Positions 8,258-17,276 of a stretch of DNA of 64,000 nucleotides are shown here, piece by piece. Origin of the DNA: a bacterium (GTDB taxonomy: Bacteria > UBA8248); NCBI GenBank assembly GCA_965261085.1, contig OZ253442.1, positions 3,488,001 to 3,552,000 of the forward strand. Reading direction: 5' to 3'. Position numbers and translations under genes: made by a program. Each line of letters begins with the position of its first letter. The stretch's first letter is position 1. The notes beneath the pieces are model-generated. The model ran no database searches. It saw nothing but the letters and a program-made list of their open reading frames with translations, and was not told where the DNA came from.

Positions 8258-9484
8258 CTAACCTTCGGGCGGAACGCTCCAGGAAACGATGTTCTTCTCT
8301 CTCAAATCCTCGAGTTCGTCAGACCCCATGCCGAGAAGATCGCCCAGAACCTCTCTCGTGTGCTCTCCCAGATAAGGCGCCCGCGTGTACTTCATCTGCG
8401 CGCCCGGCATTCTGATGGGCGGCCCCAGGACCTTCATCCTCCCCGCCACGGGGTGGTCCATCTCCACAATCATGTCCCGCGCCAGAATCTGGGGGTCTTC
8501 CATCGCCTGCGCCACGGTGTTCACCGGCGCGAAGGGAACGAAGCCCTGAAGCAGTTCGGTCCACTCCGCGTTCGTTTTCTCCCTGAACGCCTTTTCGAGG
8601 ATGTCCAGCAGCGCTTCACGGTTCTCGAAACGATCCTGGGCCATTTGGAAGCGCGGGTCCTCGGCCACCTCCCCAATACCCATGCGCTCGACGAGGATGG
8701 GGAAGAAACTCTGCTTGAGGCAAAGCACGCTTATCCAGCCGTCTTTCGTCTCGAAATTCTGTGCGGGCACCATCGAGGGGTGCGCGCTCCGGGAAAATTT
8801 TTGCGGCACGTAGCCGCAGTTGAGCGCCCAGGTGGCCATGTATGCGAGTTGAACCAGGGCGCCGTCCATCAGCGCCACGTCGACGTCCCTGCCCTTGCCG
8901 GTGCGGCCGACTTCCCACAGCGCAGCCAACAGGCCCACGAGCGATATGAAACCACCGGTGAAATCGACAAAGCTCACGCCTGCCTTGGTGGGGGGGCCGT
9001 CAGGCTCTCCCGTTAAATCCATGATGCCCGCGTAGGCCTGCATGAGGTAATCATAGGCCGGCTCACCCGCTCTGGGGCCCGTCATCCCGTAGCCAGAGAG
9101 AAAACAGCACACGATTTTCTCGTTGTAGGGACTCAGATGCTTATACGTTATTTCGAGTTTCTCGGGCGCCGTGCCCCTGCAATTCGCATAGAGCGCATCC
9201 GCCTTGGGCACGAGTTTGCGCAATATCTCCCTGCCCTCGGGCGTGCGAATCCTGAGCGCGACGCTCTTCTTGTTGCGGTTGAAGGACTGAAAATAGTAGC
9301 TGTCGTTACCCGGAAGGGCGTACGGGGGAACGGGCCGCGCGGAATCGCCACCCACGGCGTGATCCTCTATCTTGATGACTTCGGCCCCCATATCCGCCAA
9401 CAGTTGCGAGGCCAGCGGCCCCGCCCCGAACTGCTCGACCGCCAGTATCCGCAGCCCTTCCAGCGGAAGTCGACCATCCATCAA
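8258..9484 (-). CDS. Class III CoA-transferase (CaiB/BaiF family)
   Basis: LLADMGAEVIKIE, FNRNKKSV, GYGMTGP, AYD, APYLGEHT motifs. Confidence 0.93.
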   Translation of the reverse strand: MMDGRLPLEGLRILAVEQFGAGPLASQLLADMGAEVIKIEDHAVGGDSARPVPPYALPGNDSYYFQSFNRNKKSVALRIRTPEGREILRKLVPKADALYANCRGTAPEKLEITYKHLSPYNEKIVCCFLSGYGMTGPRAGEPAYDYLMQAYAGIMDLTGEPDGPPTKAGVSFVDFTGGFISLVGLLAALWEVGRTGKGRDVDVALMDGALVQLAYMATWALNCGYVPQKFSRSAHPSMVPAQNFETKDGWISVLCLKQSFFPILVERMGIGEVAEDPRFQMAQDRFENREALLDILEKAFREKTNAEWTELLQGFVPFAPVNTVAQAMEDPQILARDMIVEMDHPVAGRMKVLGPPIRMPGAQMKYTRAPYLGEHTREVLGDLLGMGSDELEDLREKNIVSWSVPPEG

Positions 9485-9551
9485 TCACACCCTTTCCGGA
9501 ATCTCCGCCCCGGGATTCACCTCACCACCCGTGGCAAATCTATTTTACAAG

Positions 9552-9577
9552 GCTTGAGATTCACCCGAATCTCAAGC
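9552..9577. promoter_or_regulatory. Perfect 11-bp inverted repeat, putative operator in a divergent promoter region
   Basis: GCTTGAGATTC-ACCC-GAATCTCAAGC lies between the divergent CoA-transferase and ABC ATPase genes. Confidence 0.5.
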
Positions 9578-9768
9578 AATATCAACGCTTTTCGGCTTTG
9601 AATCACTCACCTGCATGTATGAGCGCACATGAGATTATTACAAAACATCACGAAAGTATATTTGCCGTTTCTTTCGCGCCCCGGATTTTGCTAGAATTAA
9701 CGTGATCCGGCTCGATTTCACTACACCTGAAAGACAAAGTCTTTCGCATCTTAGGAATACATTCATTT

Positions 9769-10515
9769 ATGGTCACGAAAATATCGATTCAAAATCTGAG
9801 AAAAGTCTATGACACTCCCGAGAGAAAGGTGCATGCCTTGGAGGGCGTGAACCTCAACATCGAGGACGGCGAGTTCATCTGCCTCGTCGGGCTTTCGGGC
9901 TGCGGGAAGACGACGCTGCTCAACATGCTCGCCGGTTTCGTCGAGATCACCGCGGGCACAATCACCATGGACGGAAGAACGCTCACCCAGGACTACGACA
10001 AGGGCGTCGTGTTCCAGGAATACGCCCTGTTCCCGTGGCGCACGGCGAGGCAGAACGTGGAATACGGTCTCGAAATCAGAAACTTACCCGAGGCTGAGCG
10101 CACGAAAATCGCGCTCGATTACCTGCGCCTCGTTCGCCTCGAGGAATTTGCGGATTTCTTTCCCCACAACCTCTCGGGCGGCATGCGCCAGCGGGTGGCG
10201 GTGGCGAGAGCCATGGCGTTCGACCCGCAAATTCTCCTGATGGATGAGCCCTTCGGCGCGCTCGACGCCCAGACGCGCGAGGAATTACAGGAGTTGACCG
10301 TCGACGTATGGCAGAAGACGAAAAAGACGATTCTCTACGTCACCCACAACTTGAGCGAAGCCGTCTACCTCGGGAGCCGGATCGTGGTTTTCGTTCCGAA
10401 TCCGGGAAGAATTCGCGAGATCGTGAACGTCGATCTCCCCAGACCCCGCGACGATCTCGCGCCCGAGTTCATCAAACTCCAACGACACGTCAACGATTTG
10501 ATTCGTGATTTTTAG
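9769..10515 (+). CDS. ABC transporter ATP-binding protein, NitT/TauT family
   Basis: GLSGCGKT, VFQEYALFPW, LSGGMRQR, LLMDEPFGALD motifs. Confidence 0.93.
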   Translation: MVTKISIQNLRKVYDTPERKVHALEGVNLNIEDGEFICLVGLSGCGKTTLLNMLAGFVEITAGTITMDGRTLTQDYDKGVVFQEYALFPWRTARQNVEYGLEIRNLPEAERTKIALDYLRLVRLEEFADFFPHNLSGGMRQRVAVARAMAFDPQILLMDEPFGALDAQTREELQELTVDVWQKTKKTILYVTHNLSEAVYLGSRIVVFVPNPGRIREIVNVDLPRPRDDLAPEFIKLQRHVNDLIRDF

Positions 10516-10528
10516 AGAGGAATAATCC

Positions 10529-11455
10529 ATGCAGACATCTCAGGCAGCACCCTCTCCCCAGATGTTGGACGAGAAGAAAAAAACAGTGAGAAGGCCGATA
10601 TGGGTGAAGCTGCGACCGACCTACCCGTTCATCGTCATCCTGGCCCTCTGGCAGGTCGCCGCCATGCAGGCACAGGGCAACCAGGGAAGACTCTTTCCCA
10701 CCGTCGACGCCATCGTCTATCGGGCATGGGAGCTGGTGACGGGCCCATTGTTCCGGGAGTTGGCCGAAAACCCGAACTTAGGACTCATTGACCAGTTCTT
10801 GAAACTCCTGGAGAGTCCGATTCTGCTGCATACGATCAACACCGCATGGCGTCTTCCGTTCGCGTTCTTCATCGCCGCTGTCGTCGGCACCATCGTGGGC
10901 ATAATGATGGGGCGCTTCGCTTTCTGGGAGGCGTTCTTCGTGCCGCTTCTCTCGGTGCTGCTGCCGATTCCGGCTATCGCGTGGACGCCCATCGTCGTCA
11001 TCTGGGCGGGCATCGGGAATCAGACGGTCATCGTCATCACGGCCTTCGCCTCCTTCCTGCCCATCGCCATGGCCGTGTGGACGGGCGTGAAAACCGTGAA
11101 CCCGGTATGGATACGCGCGGCCCAGTCGATGAACGCGGACAAGATGACGATTTTCCGCACCGTCGTCCTGCCCGGGTCGCTGCCGATGATCCTGAGCGGT
11201 CTGCGCATCGGCCTGGCGCGCGCCTGGCGCGCAGGGGTCGGAGCCGAGGCGTTCGCCGGAATCCGATGGGGACTTTCCGCCGGCATCTTCGACGCGCAGG
11301 AATACCTGGACATCGCGTTCATGATGGTCGCGCTCTCCGTCCTCGGTCTCTTCGGTTTCGTTCTCGAAAAGATGCTCTTCCAGCCCATCGAAAGCCGCAC
11401 CGTCATCCGCTGGGGCATGATGGAAGCGATGGGCGCGCAGGACAAGAAAGTGTAA
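10529..11455 (+). CDS. ABC transporter permease, NitT/TauT family
   Basis: PIPAIAWTP, AAQSMNA (EAA-like), VVLPGSLPMILSGLRIG. Multiple TM segments. Confidence 0.9.
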   Translation: MQTSQAAPSPQMLDEKKKTVRRPIWVKLRPTYPFIVILALWQVAAMQAQGNQGRLFPTVDAIVYRAWELVTGPLFRELAENPNLGLIDQFLKLLESPILLHTINTAWRLPFAFFIAAVVGTIVGIMMGRFAFWEAFFVPLLSVLLPIPAIAWTPIVVIWAGIGNQTVIVITAFASFLPIAMAVWTGVKTVNPVWIRAAQSMNADKMTIFRTVVLPGSLPMILSGLRIGLARAWRAGVGAEAFAGIRWGLSAGIFDAQEYLDIAFMMVALSVLGLFGFVLEKMLFQPIESRTVIRWGMMEAMGAQDKKV

Positions 11456-11484
11456 TCAAGGCAAGAACGACAAACGCTTACCGG

Positions 11485-11517
11485 CCGGGCGCGGCGAGAG
11501 TCGCGCCCGGTTTTTTT
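11485..11517 (+). terminator. Intrinsic terminator after the permease
   Basis: Stem CCGGGCGCG/CGCGCCCGG followed by T7. Confidence 0.85.
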
Positions 11518-11784
11518 GTGTCATGGAGGATGATTCGCGCGCGCCATTCCCGCCACTCACCGCTATCCCGTCCCGCCACGCATTGCTGCGGCGCATGGGC
11601 GCGTAGCGGGCGCCTCGGGTAACGCCTTCGGCGCGAACGAGGCAGCGCAGAAGAGTAGGAGCCGAGAGAGGAGAGACATCCTCGAAATGCGAGTTGAACT
11701 CCCGGCCCCGGCAATTGGAAGTGTCGTGCTTGTGGGCGCGAAACTCCTCGAAATATCGGGGGAACACTCGGCTCCAGCAATAAG

Positions 11785-11818
11785 AAACCCCCGGGAACTT
11801 CTCGCCCCCGGGGGTTTT
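11785..11818. terminator. Probably bidirectional intrinsic terminator after the substrate-binding protein gene
   Basis: AAACCCCCGGG...CCCGGGGGTTTT. Confidence 0.7.
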
Positions 11819-11841
11819 GGTGTTGCGTCTGCTCCGTTCGC

Positions 11842-12831
11842 CTAGTTGAAGCCGATGTCCTTCGCGGCCTTGCGGAGGATGGAGTCATCCAGGAACGGAC
11901 TCTTGGTGAAGTCGGGGTGGCTCTTGATCCAGCCGAGCTTGATCTGCTTATCCCCCATGTCGTTCAGGTATTTCTTCACCTCGTCACTCAGGAAAACCTC
12001 CGTCTTGAGCTTTTTAACGACCTTGAGAGTGGTGCTCACCTTGGCCTTGTCGCCGACTTCCTGCAGCGCCCTAGTGTAGACCTTGGCGTAGGTCTTCGGG
12101 TCATTCTTGAGCAACTGGTGCGCCTTCAGCCAGCCCCTGAAATACTTGTAATAGAGATCGGGGTGCTTCTTGATGGTCTGGGGGTTGCCCACGTGCATCA
12201 TTCTCGTATTGTCGTACTTGCACAGATCCTCCAGATAGCGAATCAGGCCCTGCTCGCGGGCGATCTCACCCTGCGGCTCGCCGACCATGGCCGCCTGGGC
12301 GGCGCCGGATATCAGAGCGGCGATGCGCTCTGTGGTGCGGACGCTCAGGAGCTGGAAATCCGAACTCTTCAGGCCATGCGAGGGAATCACGTAGGACTGA
12401 AACGCGAAGTCCGTGCTCGTGCCCTTCTTGTTGGCGAACACCGAACCCTTGAGGTCCTTCAAGCTCTTGGCCTTCGAGTTCACAGGCACGATAATGGCGA
12501 CCATGCCGCAGATGTTCGCCGTCACCCCGATGGCCGTCACCCTCGCCCCCTTGGATATCGCCGTGGTGAAGGGCGAGAAGCCCGTGGTGCCGGTATCCAA
12601 GTTATTCTGGATGATGGCGTTGCGCATCAGTTTGCCCTGCTTGAAGTGGCCCATCGTGTACTTTAAGCCCTCTTTTTTCCAGTAGCCCATGCGGTCGGCG
12701 ATGACCTCGAAAGACCCCATCAGGGCCCTGTGCGCGCCGATGCGCAGCGTCGCCGAATCGGCCGGTGCGACCACCACGAACGTACCCGCTACGAAAGCGG
12801 CGGCCAGTGCGAAACCAACTAATCTTTTCAT
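11842..12831 (-). CDS. ABC transporter substrate-binding protein, NitT/TauT (SsuA/TauA/NMT1-like)
   Basis: AGGAGG RBS, ATG 12831 with signal peptide MKRLVGFALAAAF, KSLKDLKG..KKGTST motif. Confidence 0.88.
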   Translation of the reverse strand: MKRLVGFALAAAFVAGTFVVVAPADSATLRIGAHRALMGSFEVIADRMGYWKKEGLKYTMGHFKQGKLMRNAIIQNNLDTGTTGFSPFTTAISKGARVTAIGVTANICGMVAIIVPVNSKAKSLKDLKGSVFANKKGTSTDFAFQSYVIPSHGLKSSDFQLLSVRTTERIAALISGAAQAAMVGEPQGEIAREQGLIRYLEDLCKYDNTRMMHVGNPQTIKKHPDLYYKYFRGWLKAHQLLKNDPKTYAKVYTRALQEVGDKAKVSTTLKVVKKLKTEVFLSDEVKKYLNDMGDKQIKLGWIKSHPDFTKSPFLDDSILRKAAKDIGFN

Positions 12832-13138
12832 GCTTGTTTCTCCTCCTAGTGAATGAAGACTTCCATGGATAGCCCAAGGCATCCTAAGAAGACGCAAGAC
12901 CCGCCGCGCCGGGATATCATCGGCCCCGATCAAGCCATACGCCAGTGAATTGAAAATATCCGCTTACTATGTAGGAAAGCGAAATTCCATCTATATATAA
13001 ATTCGATATACTTATAAATTAGTATACCAAAATCTCGCCGAAAACCAAATCTCGCACAAAGCTGATATCGGGATGGGGATCGGCGGCGTCTTGGTCCCGA
13101 ATCCACAAGAAGCGGAGAATGCATGACGGCGGAAGAAG

Positions 13139-13216
13139 TGGCGGGGCTGACGGGACTCGAACCCGCGATCTCTGGCTTGACAGGCCAGCGCGATAACCAA
13201 ACTTCGCTACAGCCCC
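13139..13216 (-). tRNA. tRNA-Asp (GTC)
   Basis: GGGGCTGTAGCGAAGTTTGGTTATCGCGCTGGCCTGTCAAGCCAGAGATCGCGGGTTCGAGTCCCGTCAGCCCCGCCA folds as a cloverleaf with GTC anticodon and encoded CCA. Confidence 0.96.
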
Positions 13217-13254
13217 CACGGGAAAAATTTTGAAAACCGCCCGAAGAATGTCGG

Positions 13255-13284
13255 TTTATATCCCGCTCTCGGGCTCTAAGTCAA
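13255..13284 (-). promoter_or_regulatory. Sigma70-type promoter for tRNA-Asp
   Basis: TTGACT-18 bp-TATAAA on the minus strand. Confidence 0.6.
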
Positions 13285-13347
13285 CACGAAAGGCTACGTT
13301 TCGCCTCAAAAGGACAAACGTGACGCCTTCGCATGATGTAACGCCGC

Positions 13348-14406
13348 TCAGCCCAGGACCAAGCCGAGAGACTCTCCTCGCGCGAGGCGCACCATCCCCT
13401 TTTCCGTCACCAGGGCGTCCACGAAACGCGCGGGCGTCACATCGAACGCGGGGTTGAAGACGCGCACGCCCTCGGGAGCGACGGGCACGCCGCCAAAGGA
13501 GCGAACCTCCTCTTCGGGGCGCTCTTCTATGGGAATATCCGCTCCCCCTTTCGCCTCCATGTCGATGGTGCTCGTCGGCGCCGCCACATAAAAGGGCACT
13601 CCGTGCTCCCTGGCGAGCACCGCGAGGCCATAGGTGCCGATTTTGTTGGCGACGTCCCCGTTTGCGGCCACGCGGTCCGCGCCGACTACGATCGCGTCGA
13701 TTCTTCCCAGGCGCATGCAATGCGCGGCCATATTGTCGGTGATGAGCACGACGGGAATGCCGTCGCGGCTCAGTTCCCAGGCGGTGAGGCGCGCTCCCTG
13801 CAGAAAAGGCCTCGTCTCGTCCACGTAAACCTCGCGCACACGCCCATCCCGGAAGCCGCTGCGAATCACGCCGCCCGCCGTGCCGTACCCGGCGGTCGCC
13901 AGCGCGCCCGCGTTGCAATGGGTGAGAACACTGCTCCCCTCCGGCAGCAGCACGGCGCCAAGGTCGCCAATCCTGCGGCAAACCGCCACGTCCTCTTCAT
14001 GCATCTCTTTCGCCAGGCGGAGGAGTTCTTCGGCCAACGCGTGAGGCGCGGTGTCGCTTTCGCGGATATGGGCCTTCATTTTTTCAATCGCCCAGAATAG
14101 ATTGACCGCCGTGGGGCGCGTGGCGCCCAGCACCCGCGCCGCCCGTTCGAGCGCCTCACGCTGCGCATCGGCCCCTGAACCCGCGTGGCGGGCGGCTGCC
14201 AGGGCCATGCCGTAGCCCGCTGCTATCCCGATGGCGGGCGCGCCGCGCACCACCATGGTCTTGATGGCCTCGGCCACCTCCTCTTCCGTGCGGAATTGGA
14301 GATAAACCTCTTCGCGGGGAAGTTTCCGCTGATCGATCAAGACGAGCGCGCCGCCTCGAAACGCGATGCTATGGAAGTTCCCCTCAATCTCTTTTTTCTC
14401 GCCCAT
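13348..14406 (-). CDS. mtnA: S-methyl-5-thioribose-1-phosphate isomerase
   Basis: IDQRKLP, MVVRGAPAIG, RPTAVNL, THCNAGALAT, DETRPFLQGARLT, NPAFDVTP. Confidence 0.96.
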   Translation of the reverse strand: MGEKKEIEGNFHSIAFRGGALVLIDQRKLPREEVYLQFRTEEEVAEAIKTMVVRGAPAIGIAAGYGMALAAARHAGSGADAQREALERAARVLGATRPTAVNLFWAIEKMKAHIRESDTAPHALAEELLRLAKEMHEEDVAVCRRIGDLGAVLLPEGSSVLTHCNAGALATAGYGTAGGVIRSGFRDGRVREVYVDETRPFLQGARLTAWELSRDGIPVVLITDNMAAHCMRLGRIDAIVVGADRVAANGDVANKIGTYGLAVLAREHGVPFYVAAPTSTIDMEAKGGADIPIEERPEEEVRSFGGVPVAPEGVRVFNPAFDVTPARFVDALVTEKGMVRLARGESLGLVLG

Positions 14407-14448
14407 TCAGATTCTCTCATTCACAACGTCGCGCGAGCGCATGGGATT

Positions 14449-14742
14449 CTACGCCATGTCGCTCAGAATCTTTTTTACCTCCTCGATGCCCAAGCCTGAG
14501 ATTTTCAGGCGTTTCCTGCGCGTGCTCACACCTGAGGTGATTCGTATGGAGCGCTTCGGAATCTTCATCTTCCGGGAGAACAACTCGATGCACTGCTTGT
14601 TGGCGGCCCCGTCCACGGGCGGCGCCGAAAGCCGCACCCGCAGGGCGCCATCGTGAACTCCACTGATTTCGGTTTTGGATGAGCGCGGCTGGACCCGAAC
14701 CTCAAAGCTGACGCCGTCCGCCTCCTCGCGGAGGCCGATCAC
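14449..14742 (-). CDS. yggU: DUF167 family protein
   Basis: VRVQPRSSK and APPVDGAAN motifs. Synteny with yggT/yggS. Confidence 0.9.
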   Translation of the reverse strand: MIGLREEADGVSFEVRVQPRSSKTEISGVHDGALRVRLSAPPVDGAANKQCIELFSRKMKIPKRSIRITSGVSTRRKRLKISGLGIEEVKKILSDMA

Positions 14743-15317
14743 GACGCATCGCCCTCCGCTTTCTGGTTCAACTTGATGACGTTTTCATTTTCCTCGTCTG
14801 CAACTTCTTCGCTTTCCTCTTCCAGGAAGCGTGGGAGGTCGACCCCCATGCGGACGCCCTCGATTTCGAGCGTCCGGATTTGGGAGAGAAACGTCCCATA
14901 TAGCTCCATCAGAAGTTTGTCCCTCAAATCCTTTATATCCAACACCTCTTCGCGCAACTTTTCGGTATCCTTTTCGGCTTTCGCGAGGATATTCTCGGCC
15001 TCGGCCTTGGCCTTTTTGATGATCTCCTCGGCGTCGGTTTCCGCTTTCTCCACCATTTCGCCGGACTTGGTCGTGGCCTGATCCCTCAGTTCATTAACGG
15101 AGATGAGGATTTTTTGCAGATTGGCGTGCTCTTCTCTCAAACCATTGTATTGCTCGAACAGGTCCTTGCATTGCAGGCTGAGCTGCTCGTTCTTCCGCAC
15201 GGACTGATCCAGCCAGTCGGCCACCTTGAACAGGAACGCGTCGACTGCGAGACGATCGTAGCCCCGCATTTTATTCGAAAAGCTATGGCTTCGAACGTCG
15301 TTGCCAGTGTACTTCAT
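14739..15317 (-). CDS. divIVA: DivIVA domain protein
   Basis: N-terminal FSNKMRGYDRLAVDAFL followed by a long coiled coil. Located between yggT and yggU. Confidence 0.85.
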   Translation of the reverse strand: MKYTGNDVRSHSFSNKMRGYDRLAVDAFLFKVADWLDQSVRKNEQLSLQCKDLFEQYNGLREEHANLQKILISVNELRDQATTKSGEMVEKAETDAEEIIKKAKAEAENILAKAEKDTEKLREEVLDIKDLRDKLLMELYGTFLSQIRTLEIEGVRMGVDLPRFLEEESEEVADEENENVIKLNQKAEGDAS

Positions 15318-15339
15318 CTGCAGGCTCCCAAAGCGAAAA

Positions 15340-15636
15340 TCAACGCAACATCTTGGCCAGATCAAAAATACTCTGTACCACGAAACTTTGCAAAAAGAAT
15401 ATGATCAGCAAAACCACAATCGGACTCGCGTCGATGCCTCCGATATTCGGCATCCGGTAGCGCACGGGCGCCAGCACCGGCTCCGTCAGGCGATACAATA
15501 TCTGGACTATCGGATTGTAGGGGTCCGGATTCACCCACGACAAGAGCGCGCGAATGATGATGATCCAAATGTAGATGGTGAGCAGATAGCTGAGAATCAC
15601 GCCGATTCCGTTCATGAAATTCGATATCAAGAACAC
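15340..15636 (-). CDS. yggT: YggT family membrane protein
   Basis: ALLSWVNPDPYNP, LTEPVLAP, GIDASP. Confidence 0.93.
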   Translation of the reverse strand: MFLISNFMNGIGVILSYLLTIYIWIIIIRALLSWVNPDPYNPIVQILYRLTEPVLAPVRYRMPNIGGIDASPIVVLLIIFFLQSFVVQSIFDLAKMLR

Positions 15637-15663
15637 GGCCGAACTCCCGTTTGAAAAAATGGG

Positions 15664-16470
15664 CTAGCCACGGCCCAGCTCCTCGCTCCTGCGCGCGGCG
15701 GCGCTCACGGCGTTCATGACGGCGGAGCGCAGCCCCCCGTTTTCCAGCGCGTGCAAGCCTGCGATGGTCGTTCCCCCGGGCGAGGCCACCATATCCTTCA
15801 AGCGGCCCGGATGCTCCCCTGTTTCGAGCAGCATCTTGGCGGAGCCCAAAACGGTTTGGGCCGCCAGAAGCATCGCCTCCTCACGCGGCAGGCCCGCCAT
15901 CACCCCGCCGTCCGCCAGCGCCTCGATGAACTGAAACACGTACGCGGGGCCGCTGCCCGACAAACCCGTCACGGCGTCCATCAACGACTCAGGCAGAACC
16001 ACAGCCTTGCCGACGGACTCCAAAAGCTGTCTCGCTTGCGACAAATCCGCCTCCGACGCCCCTCCGCCCGCGCACAGTCCCGCGGCGCCTTCTCCCACGA
16101 GGGCGGGCGTGTTCGGCATGACGCGGACGATCCGCGCCTCATCGCCCAAAATCCCCGTAAACCGGCTCGTGGGCGCGCCTGCGACGATGGAAATCAGGAG
16201 CGGGCCGTGCGCCAGGGCGTCCTTCAGTCCATCCAGAACAACGTCCAGCACCTGCGGCTTCACGGCGATCACCACCGTTTGCGCCTTAGGAGCGGCTTCC
16301 GCCCCATCGGGCGCCACCTGAAACCCCGACGTTTTTCTGAGATATTCGGCGCGCTCGGCCAGGGGTTCCGCGATGACGATGTCATCGACTTTCGCATAGG
16401 CGGAATTCACCATGCCCATGACGAGCGCTTCGCCCATGTTTCCACCACCGACTACAAGGATTTCCGCCAT
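15664..16470 (-). CDS. proC: Pyrroline-5-carboxylate reductase
   Basis: GGGNMG, AVKPQ, RVMPNTP, TGLSGSGPAY, SPGGTT. Confidence 0.96.
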   Translation of the reverse strand: MAEILVVGGGNMGEALVMGMVNSAYAKVDDIVIAEPLAERAEYLRKTSGFQVAPDGAEAAPKAQTVVIAVKPQVLDVVLDGLKDALAHGPLLISIVAGAPTSRFTGILGDEARIVRVMPNTPALVGEGAAGLCAGGGASEADLSQARQLLESVGKAVVLPESLMDAVTGLSGSGPAYVFQFIEALADGGVMAGLPREEAMLLAAQTVLGSAKMLLETGEHPGRLKDMVASPGGTTIAGLHALENGGLRSAVMNAVSAAARRSEELGRG

Positions 16471-16563
16471 TTTTCAAGCACCTTCCGCATGTGAGTTCGA
16501 AATCGTCCCGATACCCGGAACCAGCTCATCCTACTGAAATGATTGGTCTGTTTCAAATTCGCT

Positions 16564-17268
16564 TCAGTTCGTTCCTCTCGGTCCAAAAACGGCCGTGCCG
16601 ATGCGGACGAGCGTCGCTCCCTCGGCTATCGCGACTTCAAAGTCGTTCGACATGCCCATCGACAACTCGCGGACGTGGGAGAAGCCGGCGTCTTGGATAT
16701 CATCCCTCAATTTTCTCAACAATTCAAAATGTGGGCGGCTCTCCTCCGCCTCCCTTCCCAGGGGAGGAATGCACATCAAGCCGACCACCCGCAAGGCTTC
16801 CAGCGCAGACGCCTCCCGCACGAGCGTCATCGAATCAGCGGGAGAAACTCCACCCTTCTGGGCTTCTTCCCCGGTATTGACCTGGATATACACGTCCAGG
16901 GGTTCTACCCCCGCGCAATTCACGCGCTTGTTCAACTCCCGCGCGAGGGCTAGAGAATCCAGAGATTCCACCACGTCGAACAGCCCGGGCACGGCGCGGG
17001 CCTTGTTCCTTTGCAGACTGCCGATGAGATGCCACCTTGCTTTGCCTGCCACTTCAGGGTCAATCTCGCCCCTCTTGCGCTGGGCTTCCTGCACCCGGTT
17101 CTCCCCGATGATGTCGACGCCCGCCTCGATTGCTTCGACGACCCGCTCGGGGGGCTGGGTCTTGCTCACGGCCAGAAGGCGAATTTCATCCGGATTCCGG
17201 CCACAGGCCAGGGCGGCATCCGCCACGCGCCCCTTCACCATCTCGTATCGCTGCCATATAATGCTCAC
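16564..17268 (-). CDS. yggS: PLP homeostasis protein YggS (start GTG 17268 or ATG 17292)
   Basis: LLAVSKT, GENRVQE, WHLIGSLQRNK, LSMGMSNDF, VRIGTAVFG. Confidence 0.94.
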   Translation of the reverse strand: MSIIWQRYEMVKGRVADAALACGRNPDEIRLLAVSKTQPPERVVEAIEAGVDIIGENRVQEAQRKRGEIDPEVAGKARWHLIGSLQRNKARAVPGLFDVVESLDSLALARELNKRVNCAGVEPLDVYIQVNTGEEAQKGGVSPADSMTLVREASALEALRVVGLMCIPPLGREAEESRPHFELLRKLRDDIQDAGFSHVRELSMGMSNDFEVAIAEGATLVRIGTAVFGPRGTN

Positions 17269-17276
17269 CGTCTTTC

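Noticed and set aside
11641-11780. Glycine riboswitch (GAGAGAGGAGAGA resemblance)
   Set aside because: The conserved CCGAAG and CUYUCAGG segments are missing and there is no downstream co-oriented gene.
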